A stretch of 64,000 nucleotides of DNA, from the NCBI GenBank assembly GCA_951406725.2, contig OX597824.1:42470001-42534000 (forward strand). The letters run 5' to 3'. This stretch comes from Octopus vulgaris (Eukaryota). The translations under genes and the position numbers were made by a program. Below, in pieces: positions 13,391 through 26,067 of the stretch (position 1 is its first letter; each line of letters begins with the position of its first letter). The notes under the pieces were generated by a model that did not search any database, was not told where the DNA came from, and saw nothing but the letters and a program-made list of their open reading frames with translations.

Positions 13391-14981
13391 TATTTAGTAA
13401 TTCTGCCAGCTCATTGCCTTAAAGGGATAGAAATATTGTTATGCTCGGAGATGGTCATCTTTTGTCGATTAAACAGACGCACAACTCATTTGATCTTCAC
13501 CTTAACTTTATTATTATTGTTTTTAGTTTATTTGTCAAAGTTCTTTCATCACACATACTGTGACCTCTTCAGCGATTTTCTGTTCCACGTGATTCTTGTC
13601 CTATCTGCAAGTGTAACAATATGTTTCAACACACGATTTCCCATCAAGAATCTAGTAAAACTTATATATAAATGTAATAGATAGAAAGATAGAGATAAAG
13701 AGATACGAAGGAGAGGAGAATCCAAAAGCTACAATGATAGAATTAACAGATACGTAGAAGTGGGGAAAGTAGAAATAAAAACAATGCTAGAAAAATAGAA
13801 GAGAGCGAGCATGGAAAATGTGTGAATAAAGAAAAGATAAGAGATATTGGGTGAAAACAGCAGATAGTGAAAGCGATAGAAAGGTAAGCAAAAAGAAATA
13901 AGAATGAGCAAAGTAGATAAAAATGTTGAGAGACATAATGATAGCTGGAGGAAAAAAAAAGACGGACAGAAAGATAGGAAACATTGATGGGAAGGTACCC
14001 ACATTTAGAAGAAAAAATAAGTAGTTATGTGAAAATGGTAGGCAGAAAAAAATGATAGAAAGGTAAGTGTGAGGAAGAAAAATAGATAGAAGAGTAGAAA
14101 GAGTTGTCGCACTTCAGAGATAGAGAGTGCGTGTATTAATGGGAGTGAGATAGGAGAGGGAAAGTGTATAGTTATGCAGAGAGTCAGCGAATAAAACTGT
14201 AAGAGGGGAAGACAGATTGTGAAACAGATCTACATTACAATATTACATTCATACATACATACACATATATACATATATATATACACACACACACATATTC
14301 ATGTATGTATTTATGAATACATGTATTTATCTCGCACGCACAAGACACACACAGAGACTAGTTACTTTCATGCAGACAGCGAGGAAGAGTGCGTGGTCAA
14401 CAGGAACACGATGAGACGGGCGTACATAATGATGACTGAGCGACGAACGGGCAGATTCCAACGAGACAGATAATGTTCCATCATAACACTGTGCTCCCTA
14501 ATAATGCCTAATATAGCTGTCATGTCGAATCCAACCCTTAACCCTTTCAGGTGTAAATCTGAAGCCCTCGTAAATATCTAGCGAAAGACTTGCTGTTATT
14601 TCTGTCGTGCGAAATACAATCTCTGCTATTATACTGCTGCTGCTGTTTAGGGTAACAATTTGTATGTATGTATGTATGTATGTATGTATGTATGTATGTA
14701 TGTATGTATGTATGTATGCATGATTGTATGTATGTATGTATATATACATGTATGTATGTATGCATGCATGTTTGCAAGTATGTACGTGTGTATGTATGCA
14801 TGTTTGTACATATATGTGTTAGTATGTTTGTATTATGTATACTGGTTGGATGGATGTATGTGTGTTTGTGTGTGCGCGCGCGTGCGTGTGTATGTATGCA
14901 CTCATGTGTGCATGTACGTCATATACATATATATGTGCGCATACGTATATCATTCACTCACGATAGTGGGTGAATATATTC

Positions 14982-15520
14982 TTAAAGGTCGACTTTTTGC
15001 CACTCACGTGCACTTCCAGCCCTCATCAGTTCTCAACCAAATTGAATGCAGTTTTTTAGCAATGATGGTGCAGTTTTGAGCTACAGATGGAGATAACAAT
15101 AACTGAAATTTGGTTCATTACAAAAAAAAGTTAAGTCAAAATGTGAAGTAAAAATTGGGAAAGTAAACCGAAAATTGATTTTGAATCAAAATATCTCAAT
15201 TATTTTAAAAGAATGCGCTCATTGAAAAGAATATTTTGGTGAAAAGATCGTTAAAAAATATTTGCTACGATAAAAGCAGTGTGGCTTTAAGTGACGAAAA
15301 ATGGTAACCCCCAAAATTGATTTGAATCAAAATGCCTCAGCTATTGTAAAAGAAAATTCCACAATAGTAGTGTTCAAATGAAAGAACACTATAAGAGGAC
15401 TTTTATAATGAAAATCTCGTCAAAAAATATTGACTACCAAAAAAGTTGTGTGGCTTTAAGTGACGAAAAATCAAATCAAAATATTTTCATCATTTTAAGA
15501 TATTTAGCATAATAAGAGAT
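14982..15520. mobile_element. Probable DNA-transposon end fragment with subterminal repeats
   Basis: aaaattgatt(t)tgaatcaaaat at 15171 and 15313; gtggctttaagtgacgaaaa at 15281 and 15450; no partner TIR found. Confidence 0.35.
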
Positions 15521-16300
15521 TGTACTTGATATCTGGGGTTGCATAGCTTAATGGTTCAGTATGCTTATTGGTTCAGCATGCTTAACCGGAATCAGAGAGG
15601 TATAGGGTTTGTTTCTTTGTAGTGGCTTGCTGATCACTTATTCTTTTTCTTCCGTTTTCTAATGGTATTTAGCCGATCTTCTAAGCTGTTTTCACAGTTA
15701 TTCTGCGCTCAAGGTTTTCTCTATTTTCTGCAAAATACCATCTCATTCGGTGTTCGGAAGTTTGTTTATGAAAATATATCATTGACCCACGGCAATAAAC
15801 TTTTATTCTATCGTGAGCATTTATAGGTTTCATCACCAATTCAGTTATTTCTTATTTAACTTAATGTTTTTGATTTTAACATGTCTTTGTATTATGCTAA
15901 AACATTTCTGTCTTATTTTTAGCATTTACCAGAATGAAAAATACAAAGGTAAATATAATTAATTATGATAATAGAAGTGTTGCCTGGAAAAAGATGGACT
16001 AGAATGTAAAAATGCAGGAGCAGAATGCTATTATGTATTGAACCTAGAAAGGCATATAAGACGGCCAACTTAAATTCATTAAAGATGGGATTGCACGGGG
16101 GACAGATCTGCAGACTCCATTTAAACAATGAAACAGTTGTACCAAAAAAAGAAAAAAATTTAGTAAATCCCTAAACATGCTAGTGGTAGTTTTATTTATT
16201 TATTTTCTTTGTAGCTAACTCCAGACCTTGAAGCCCAAGCTACTATATGCATTTCAATTTCCAAACATACAGAGAGACATGTCTATATTGATCCAGTAGA

Positions 16301-16481
16301 TGCCGGCGTGGTTGTGTGATAAGAAGTTTGCTTCCCAACCATGGGATCTTGGGTACAGTCCCGTGGAAATGCACCTTATTCAGGTGTTTCCCACTAGAGC
16401 CCTGGGCGACCAAAGCCTTGTGAGTGAATTTGGTAGACGGAAACTGAAATATAGTCGTCGTATGTATGTTTGCGTGCGTGC

Positions 16482-16542
<61 letters not shown>

Positions 16543-16730
16543 ACGTTGTGTTTGAGTTTGTATCACAATACTGCCTGATGACAATTGCTGGTTTACCTAC
16601 GTTCCTGTAACATAGCGTTTCAGCAAAAGCAGTGCGATAGAATAAGCACCATGCTTAATGATAAGCACTGGATTTGTTCGACTAAACAAGTAATGACTGA
16701 AACAAGTAAAAGATAGAAAAATAAAAGAGA
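16301..16730 (+). mobile_element. SINE family A (diverged)
   Basis: Head, internal (TG)n and tail are recognisable. Confidence 0.75.
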
Positions 16731-16739
16731 TATTATTAC

Positions 16740-17245
16740 AGCATTGCAGAACACTACTATATTCCAGAACACCATAAAGTAATCCTAGATCACTCCAGAA
16801 CATTGATGTATCATTCCAGAATATTAATACATCATTCCAGAACACTACCACATCATTCCAAAGCATTAATATATTGGATTTTAAATCTTGGCTTAAGGCC
16901 AGCAATTTCGGAAAATTGGGTACAATCGATTACATCGACCCCAGTACACAACTGGTACTTATTTTTATCGACTCCGAAAGGATGAAAGGCAAAGTCGATC
17001 TCGATAGAATTTGGATTCAGAGCGTAAATGCGGACGAAATGCAGCTAGACATTTTGTCCGGCGTGCTAACGATTTTGCCGGTTCACCGCCTTAGAACGTT
17101 AGTATACTATTCCAGAACACTGCTGTATCATTCCAGAAGATTAATATATTATTCCAGATTAATATATTATTCCAGAACACTGCTACATCATTCCAAAACA
17201 CTGTTAGAACATTCCACAACACTACTACATCCTTCCGAACACAAT
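16740..17245. repeat. Degenerate 21-bp minisatellite (cattccagaacactactacat-like), split by a family B SINE
   Basis: ttccagaa recurs at about 21-bp spacing in 16740-16872 and 17093-17242. Confidence 0.75.
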
Positions 17246-18659
17246 TATATCCAAGGTAGGTGGAGCACTCCGGCCCTATAAGCAATTCACCTAGAAGATC
17301 ATTCCAATGTAAAAGCTATAGTTGACTGGTCACTGCAGACGTTTTAACACACTGAGTTAGATCGGATTGTGCAGACTGACTCTAATTTTAAAACAACAAT
17401 ATGCAGGCGAAGAAAAAAGTACTGCAGCGACAAGGATCAGTTTAGACAGCTTTTCGAGAGCCTTGCTGCTCTTCCTCGGCACGAAGAAACTGCCATCATC
17501 TCATCATTCCACAACACTTATAATCATTTCATTGACACTACTACAACACCAACGTGAAACGCTTTCTGTCCTACTCAGTACAAATATTAAAAAAAAGCAC
17601 AGAAATCGTTACGCTGAGATAGTAATATAAGAAGGACGGCAACTGTTGCTCTCGCATCGAGTCCTCTATGTAATTTTCTGCCACTGCCGCTTCTCTGGTC
17701 ACATGATATGCTATAAATAGCAACTTCATTCTTTAGTAAATTAGAGCCTTCTTTTTTATATTCTTTATTGCCGTTTCTTGTTCTACTGCTCATTGGTAAA
17801 TCCTCAGGCAGTTTTAAGTAGAACATTAGTTTGCTTTTGTGCTTTCTATGAGAAGTGGTTGCTCGGTCTTCACTCAACCGTTTCTTGTATCTGGAGAAAG
17901 GAGTTTTGTGAGTGGGTTGCTCACGACTCTTCTCACAGGACAACAAGCCCAACTCTAATCGAGAAAGGAAGAAGGGATGGTGGGAAAGTGAGAGAGAGAG
18001 AGAGAGAGAGAGAATAATATGACTGGTATTTTGTTTATCGAATCCAAAATGATAAAAAGCAACGCTGATCTCAGTGAGATATGAACTCAAAGCGCTAAGA
18101 GCCGGAACAAACACCGCAAGGCATTGTAGTCGACGCTGTAAGGACTCAGACACTTTCCCACCTTAAGTCGCTTCTAAAGCAAGCACTTACGTTGGATTAT
18201 GAAGTCCTGTATATTTGAACTGCATATAGAGACGGAAGTACAGAAAATGCTTTATCTGGGATGCTTTTCATCATGAGCCTGCTTGGTTGAGTCTGACTGG
18301 AAGCCAAACAACGAGAAACTGACGTGCACACGTAGATTTGACAAGGAAAATGGTGTATGTCTGAACAGATATACAATATCCGATATGATCAACCATTACA
18401 TGTCTGGAAGTGTAGTATGGTTCTTGGTTGAGTGGGAGCATGTTATATATAGAACAACAGATCTGCAGGTTGCGCTTATTCATTTAGTCCATTACCTACG
18501 TGCCACAAAACAAAGCTACACAACAACAACAACTACAACTACAACAACTACAACTACAACAACAGCAACATGTTGTGGGATATGTGGGAATTCTCCGCTT
18601 TAGAATTTTTCTACTTTTTCTTTTGATGCGTAAATTTGTAAATCTTCATAATATTGATT

Positions 18660-18890
18660 CATTAAGTTAAAGTTTTCAATTATGTCTTTGATTTCTTTCA
18701 ATAGTTAAGGTTGTTTAAAGAGTAACATTTGACGTTCTTTCAGTAGGTTAAAGATTTCGGCTGTCTTCGATATTCGTCCATAGTTAAGCATTTTAAAACG
18801 TAACGCTCAAACTTGTTTCATTATTCAAAGGATTTCAATTATGTTTCCGATTTTGTTTCATAGTTAAGACTGTTTAAGACGTAACACAGG
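18660..18890. repeat. Degenerate tandem repeat of about 80 bp (about 3 units)
   Basis: tagttaag..tttaa..gtaac at 18702, 18781 and 18861. Confidence 0.6.
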
Positions 18891-19151
18891 AAAGCACAAA
18901 GCTGATGAGAAGCAGAATAATATTATAACGGATTTTTAAACAATGAGCCAGCGTGGTTGATCGTTCCAGCTGTTAGATATAACAGCTAAATCTACCTTAT
19001 ATCGAATCCTCAGTACACTACGGTTAGAAAATATATGGATGGCTATGATTGTAACATCTGCTTTTATAAGTTGATATTAAGAAACAGTACGGCTATCAAG
19101 CAGCAGATAGGCTTATAGAGAGATATGTAGTGATATCTAGATACAGGGGAA

Positions 19152-19196
<45 letters not shown>

Positions 19197-19662
19197 TAGA
19201 GAGAGAGACAAAGAGAGAGACAGACAGACAGACAGACAGAAACAGAGAGACAGAGAGGTAAAGAAAGAGAGAGACAGACAGGGGATGTCAATACTGGCAA
19301 ACAATGAGAAAAAAGTAAGAACACATAAAATACAACATGGTAGAAACAGGGAGTGAAAAAGCGAGAGAGCAGGGGTAGGGAGGGAGAGGAAAGAGAGAAA
19401 GAAAATATGTGTGATAGGGACAATGTGGCCGACATTAGAGATGTTATATCGGCTTGAGGCCAACGGAGAAATCTGTCACAGTGTTTGACAAGTTGCTAGT
19501 TTGATATACGATTACAGAATTACAGAAAGGGGTGAGTATGGTCATCATTCACCTAAACACACATACATACACACATGTATACACACAAATACTCAACAAA
19601 CAAATTGAGATACCTACAGATTGACAAACATAAACGAACATAGATACGCATGTATGTATGTA

Positions 19663-19703
<41 letters not shown>

Positions 19704-19757
19704 ATGTGTGTAAATACTTGTATGTGTATCTGTATTGTATATATGGGTAGGTATGCA

Positions 19758-20348
19758 TGTGTGGTAAGAAGCTTCCTTCCCAACTATATACTTCGGGGTT
19801 CATTTCTGCGTGGAACCTTGGGCAAGAGTATTCTACTATAGCCACGGACTGATCAAAGACTTGTGAATGGATTTGGCAAACAGAAACTGAAAGAGACCGT
19901 TGTATATATGTATATACACCTGTATGTATGTATGTATGTATGTATGTATGTATGTATGTATGTATGTATGCATGTATGTATGTATGTATGTATGTATGTA
20001 TGCATGTATGTATATATGTATAGATAAATATATATATATACATGTGTGTACGTATGCATGTATGTATGTATGCATGTATGTATATATATATATATATATA
20101 CACTCTGTGTGTGTATGTGCGTGTGTGTGTGTTTGTGTATGTGTTTGCCTCCTGTCACCGGTTGACAACAGGTGTTGGTGTGTTTACGTCCTTGTAACTT
20201 AGCGGTTTGGCAAAAGAAACCGACAGAATAAGTACCAGGCTGAGCAAAAATAAGTACTGGAGTCGATTCATTCGACTAAAAATTGCTCAAGGCGGTACTC
20301 CAGCATGGCCGCAGTATAATGACTGAAACAAGTAAAAGATAAAAGAGT
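19758..20348 (+). mobile_element. SINE family A with expanded internal (TATG)n
   Basis: Head 19758-19900, about 230 bp of microsatellite, tail 20140-20348. Confidence 0.78.
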
Positions 20349-20350
20349 AG

Positions 20351-20376
<26 letters not shown>

Positions 20377-20381
<5 letters not shown>

Positions 20382-21130
20382 CCAGGAACAGGAAATATCA
20401 ACCAAGTACCTTATGCACAAAAGGGATAGAGATGCATGAAAAGCAGTAAAATGTAACAACCCATGCAGGCCCTGTGGAGTTCACACTGAAGATATCACCT
20501 ACATCATAAGAAGTTGTCTGAAAATGTCATCACGTTATTATTAACCAATGAAACATGTTGTTGGAGCTAGGACACTCTATAATGAAGTCCGACAGAAGGA
20601 TAATCCCGAGGACACAGAAATAAGAACCCACAGTATGGTAGAAGCTATAACTACCCATAATAAAAAGGAATACTGGTGGAATGTCCCAGTGAAGACCACA
20701 ATAAAATGTAAGCACGACAGACCTGATATAATGATTTGGGATAGAGAAGAGAAACTGTGCATAGTTGTGGAAATTAGCTGCCCAGCGGATGTTAACATAA
20801 AGCTGAAGATCAGTGAAAAAGAGAACACCTATACTGAACTACTGAAAAATCTGCAGTTACCCAATCCAAATTACAAGTTCAGGTTTATACCTGTAATTAT
20901 TGGGGACCTGGGATATGTTACACACTTCATAAATACCAATCTTGAGAAATTAGGCTTCTCAAAACCAGAAAGGAGAAAACTAATTCAAAAACTACAGATC
21001 CAATTAATCACTGGAACTGTAAAAATCTGTAAAACTTTCCAGAAGTTTATCATTTAAATACATATTAGCATGTCTAGATATGCAACTATATGCATGAGAA
21101 TACATACATAAAACATGCAAATATGCACAT
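20377..21130 (+). mobile_element. Degenerate 3' fragment of a second R4-like REL LINE, in (TA)/(TACA)n repeats; its 3'UTR resumes at 21863-21975
   Basis: Translation EIQEQEISTK...CRPCGVHTEDITYIIRSC (in-frame stops), then ORF 20548-21057 with HDRPDIMIWD..EISCP..KISEKENTY..L and FIPVIIGDLG. Confidence 0.85.
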
Positions 21131-21150
21131 ACATACATACATACATACAT

Positions 21151-21827
21151 GATGGTTGCCAACCTGATTTCAAGTAGATCATTGCCTGACTTCTTTATGC
21201 CCTAGAATATCATTGATGAGCTGCATGAATATGGCTTTTGAGGCCTGCCAAAGACTCGCATGGTTTTTGACAATTAGTCGAAGAAAACTTGGTGATTGTA
21301 TAATTTACAGCTTTACAGCTCCATGAACTTTACTATGCATTTTCAAGCCACTTTTTGATTTGCATACTTTATGACAGAGTATGCATTCGAAATCATCTGT
21401 CCATCTATAATCAATGTGCGGCTGTGCAATGTGTGATTTCCTATGGCTCTTTAGCCCGGGCTTACTAAGACAAATCTTTCCATATCCATCACATGTAAGA
21501 TCATCACGTTCATTAATACCTGTTAAAACATCATTCCTGTCACTTTTTCTCATCTTTCTTTTGATCTTTGCATATTCCATTCTCTCCCATTCAAATTAAT
21601 TTTTGCCTTCATACACAACATTCTTTTCTCAGCAATGCGCTAAATCTTCTCACTTCTCACTTGGAATATTTATCTTATTCGATCCCGACTTCAGACAATC
21701 TTTGTACCTCATCTTTGGCTTATGGGACGGATGCTTACCTGTCACCTGTTCTCCACAAAATAAAAGTCGTTTAGGCATTCTGTGGTCTGTCATTCTAAGT
21801 GTCCACTCCATCTCAATCTGTACTGAA
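21151..21827 (-). mobile_element. RTE-clade LINE 3' fragment with C-terminal C2H2 zinc fingers, nested in the (CATA)n of the R4-like 3'UTR
   Basis: RMTDHRMPKRLLFCGE..GKHPSHKPKMRYKDCLK (RTE C-terminal signature); TCDGYGKICLSKPGLKSH..H and ECILCHKVCKSKSGLKMH..VH; frameshifted. Confidence 0.82.
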
Positions 21828-21980
21828 ACATACATACATACATACATACATACAAACAAACAAAAATACTCTGTTGTTGATGTTGAAATTCCAATGAAGA
21901 AGCCTTGGATCTAGGTTAGAAACCGGTTCTTGCTCTATTGGCAAAGAATCTTGAAATAAACTGAATAATGACACACATAC

Positions 21981-22090
21981 ATAGAAGTCTGTAAAACTTA
22001 GTTTATCATTTCAGTATATAAGAGCATGTCTAGATATGCAACTATACGTATGAGAAGATATACGTAAAACGAAATATACAAATCTGCTCG
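21981..22090 (+). mobile_element. Short extra copy of the R4-like ORF end/3'UTR
   Basis: tctgtaaaact..agtttatcattt..gcatgtctagatatgcaactata matches 21026-21100 and is followed by (TACA)n. Confidence 0.7.
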
Positions 22091-22140
22091 TATACATACA
22101 TACATACATACATACATACATACATACATACATACATACA

Positions 22141-22170
<30 letters not shown>

Positions 22171-22171
<1 letters not shown>

Positions 22172-22490
22172 GTATGTATGTATGTATGGATGGATGGATG
22201 GATGGATGGATGTCATTATTCAATTTTATTTCAAGATAAATGCCAATAGACAAAGAATCGGTTTCTAACCTAGATCCAAGGCTCCTTCATTGGAATTTCA
22301 ACATCATGGTACGTACGTACGTACGTACGTACGTACGTACCCTGATGTTGAAATTCCAATGAAGGAGCCTTGGATCTAGGTTAGAAACCGATTCTTTGTC
22401 TATTGGCAAGATCTTGAAATAAAACTGAATAATGACATCCATCCATTCATCCATCCATCCATTCCATACATACATACATACATACATACA
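22171..22490. repeat. Near-perfect palindrome built from the R4-like terminal 3'UTR, centred on (GTAC)n
   Basis: 22212-22306 is the reverse complement of 22343-22436; both match 21876-21972. Flanking (TGGA)n/(TCCA)n and (TATG)n/(CATA)n are also mirrored. Confidence 0.9.
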
Positions 22491-22944
22491 TACATACATA
22501 CAAACATACATACATACATACATGCATGCATATCGTCATACGTTGAGAAACTGGCAGCCCGTTGTGGCGATGACTAACATTAGCGGTTTCTTATGGATAT
22601 GTTTTTTCGTTCAACAGTCTCTTTTCTATATGTATACATGTGTGCACGTAAGTTTTTATGTACTTATGTGTATGTGTGTATAGATGCATGAATATGTGTG
22701 CGTAGGTGTGTGTGCACCTGTGTTTATGTGCGTGAGTAATGTGGTTAAGTAACTATGTGCGTTTTAATTCATGACTATTAAAAAAAGTTATTTTTAAAGA
22801 GTAGAAGAAACTGAGGATGAGGTGAGAGAGGGAGTGAGAGATGAGGGAGAGGAAGAGAGAGTGAGAAAGAGAGAGAGAGCAGGAAAATAAACTGATATAG
22901 TCAAAAACACATGCACTGACGAACACACGAGGAAAGCATACATA

Positions 22945-23345
22945 TCTCTTTTACTCTTTTTACTCTTTTACTTGTTTCAGTCATTTGACTGTGGCCATGC
23001 TGGAGCACCGCCTTTAGTCGAGCAACTCGACCCCGAGACTTATTCCTTTTTTGTAAGCCCAGTACTTATTCTATCGGTCTCTTTTTGCCGAACTGCTAAG
23101 TGACGGGGACGTAAACACACCAGCATCGGTTGTCAAGCAATGCTAGGGGGACAAACACAGACACACAAACATACACATACATGACAGGCTTCTTTCAGTT
23201 TCCGTCAACCAAATCCACTCACAAGGCATTGGTCGGCCCGGGGCAATAGCAGAAGACACTTGCCCAAGATGCTACGCAGTGGGACTGAACCCGGAACCAT
23301 GTGGTTGGTTAGCAAGCTACTTACCACACAGCCACTCCTGCGCCT
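22945..23345 (-). mobile_element. Full-length SINE family A (tRNA-like head, internal microsatellite, aaaagagt tail)
   Basis: Head ggcgcaggagtggctgtgtggtaag..ggttccgggttcagtccc; tail ..actgaaacaagtaaaagagt. Resembles known octopus SINEs (inference). Confidence 0.85.
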
Positions 23346-23464
23346 ATATATCTACATATACATACAAACATATATACAAGCATACACAGTAATCAGGCAA
23401 GTACGTGGTTGAGTATGTACATGATTGTTACATGTGTGTATGTGTGCTAGTGTATATTTTACAT

Positions 23465-23567
<103 letters not shown>

Positions 23568-23870
23568 TGTATGTATGTATGTATGTATGTATGTATGTAT
23601 GTATATATATATATACGGTGGGCTTCTTTCAGACTCCGTCTACCAAATCCATTCACAAGGCTTTGGTCAACCCGAGGTTATAGTTGAAAAAACTTGCCTA
23701 GGGTGCCTCACAGTGGGACTGAACCCGGAACCATGTGTTTGGGAAGCAAGCTTCTTACCACACAGCCACTCCTGAGCGGACACATTTTATGTATGCTTGT
23801 AATATATACATACATATATACACATACTTACACATATAGATACATTCATAAAAGCATTCATAAATACAAG

Positions 23871-23946
<76 letters not shown>

Positions 23947-25159
23947 TGCGTCTGTATATACGTATATCTATACCGTATATGTACATACGTGCGTGCAGGT
24001 GTACGTCTTGTGCGCAAGAAACTGCATATGTGTACACAAACACATACACACACACACACACACACATTAACACACAAGCATTTCATTCTATACTGTATTT
24101 GTGATTGTGTCCGCATGTATCTCTCTGTCTATCGTTATTGACTACAATGTTGGACCAGCTTCGCCTTTAATTGGGTTTTAATTATCTGATTCCAATTCCT
24201 CACTCCTCGCATTGGACTGCCAGTTCCTATGACGTGTCAAGCATTGGCGGCGACATCTTAGGTCAAAAAGCTGACGTACCATTATCATATCTCACTCTGC
24301 CAGACATTTTCCAAAAGACAGTTCTTCATTTCGACTGAAATTAAATAATATGATTTAGATATTTTTAATTCGTGATCTTTACACACTCAGACACAAAAAC
24401 ACACACCCAGAACATATATGAGTGTGTGTGTGTACGTGTGTGTCTATGTGTTTGTATATGTGTGTGTGTGTGCGTGTGTGTGTATGTTTCGTATCCACAC
24501 ACATTTATCACAAATATACAGAATGTCTTCTGTGGTTCTAAGCGATTCTTCCTATGTTTATAGGGTCCAGCTGCACTCGTAAATATAGATGGACACACAC
24601 ATACACACACACACATGCATATATATATACGTATATATTTATGTGTGTATGTATGTATGTATGTATGTATACGTACACACATACGTACATATAAATATAT
24701 ATATATATATATACGACTATATATTTATATATGTATAGGGTGTATATGCGTATACATATTTATGAATGTACACTCACAGACGCACATGTACACGCACACA
24801 CATATATTCTGCACATATACGTATCTCCTTACAGACGGTCAAAGAAACACTCACACATTTAAGAAAACATTTAAAGACTCACACACATAATAATTGCAAT
24901 TTTGTTGCTGTTGATGATGATGATGATGATATTTATTTATTTATTTATTTAAATTATTTTATTTATTTGTTTTCCTAAAGGGCCCCTCCTTGCATATTCC
25001 CCAGTGTATTAGGACAATATTTTTCAATTACTCCTTCTCATGTAAATTCGCCGACCTGACCAGAGCAAGCTTTCATCCATCTTCTAAACGTGACATGACG
25101 TATAATGGAACTTCGTTTCAACTCGAACTGATAATCTCAGTCACATTTCACCGTAGCAA

Positions 25160-25194
<35 letters not shown>

Positions 25195-25503
25195 AATAAA
25201 ATAAAATAAAAGCAATGGACTAGTTTGTAAAGCATTGTCTGTGGTTCGGTTAAAGTTTTGCTTTTTTTTTTAAATATTAGATCCCGATATGTTTGAATTA
25301 AAAAAAAAAATAATATGTACGTAGGTTTGGTGCAGCGTTAGTAGCGTGGTTAACAAGTTTACTCATCAAACACCTTGTTCCAAGTTCGAATCCCCTGTTC
25401 AGTACTTAAGACAAATATATTCTAGTGCTGAATTGATAAACGCTTGTGTGGAATAGAATTTGATAGACAGAAACAGTGCTGAAACCCGCTGTATGTATGT
25501 ATA

Positions 25504-25572
<69 letters not shown>

Positions 25573-25725
25573 TCTCCATTTTCCCCCTCAACCCTTTCTG
25601 TCGTAGAGCGTAGGCTCGAAACATCAAAGACGTTCCCATTCTTCCCGAGCGTCAAAACTAATAACCTTGGCTGTTGTTTTCTCAGCTGTCTTCGTCGTTT
25701 GCTTTTTGTGAAGTTGAACTATATA

Positions 25726-25849
<124 letters not shown>

Positions 25850-25875
25850 CACACACACACAAATGTATGAGTATG

Positions 25876-26067
25876 TATGAGGGGTGCCGAAAGGAACAGT
25901 TAATTATGATTTTATTCACTATATTCCTCTTTGACATTAACACATTTATTTCAGCGGTCCTTCAGCTTTTCTAAGCTCTGTAGAAGAACTTCCGACCAGG
26001 CCTTTCGCAAGACACTTAAAGCTTTAAAGCTCTTAAAGCCAGGAACTTTACAGCACTTCCTCTTGTA
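25876..26067. mobile_element. Mariner-like MITE related to 29194
   Basis: tatgaggggtgccgaaa ... aagccaggaactttacagcacttcctcttgta; same terminal sequence as the 29194 element. Confidence 0.55.

Noticed and set aside
15015-15035. Minus-strand CTGATGA (also plus strand at 18902)
   Set aside because: No stem II, GAAA or UH arrangement follows.
16740-17245. Constant cattccagaa motif with variable intervening sequence, superficially CRISPR-like
   Set aside because: The period is only about 21 bp, the 'spacers' are mutually similar, the context is eukaryotic and there are no cas genes. It is a degenerate minisatellite.
21305-21580. C2H2 zinc-finger ORF as a host ZNF gene
   Set aside because: It is contiguous with an RTE C-terminal signature and tail, so it belongs to a LINE.
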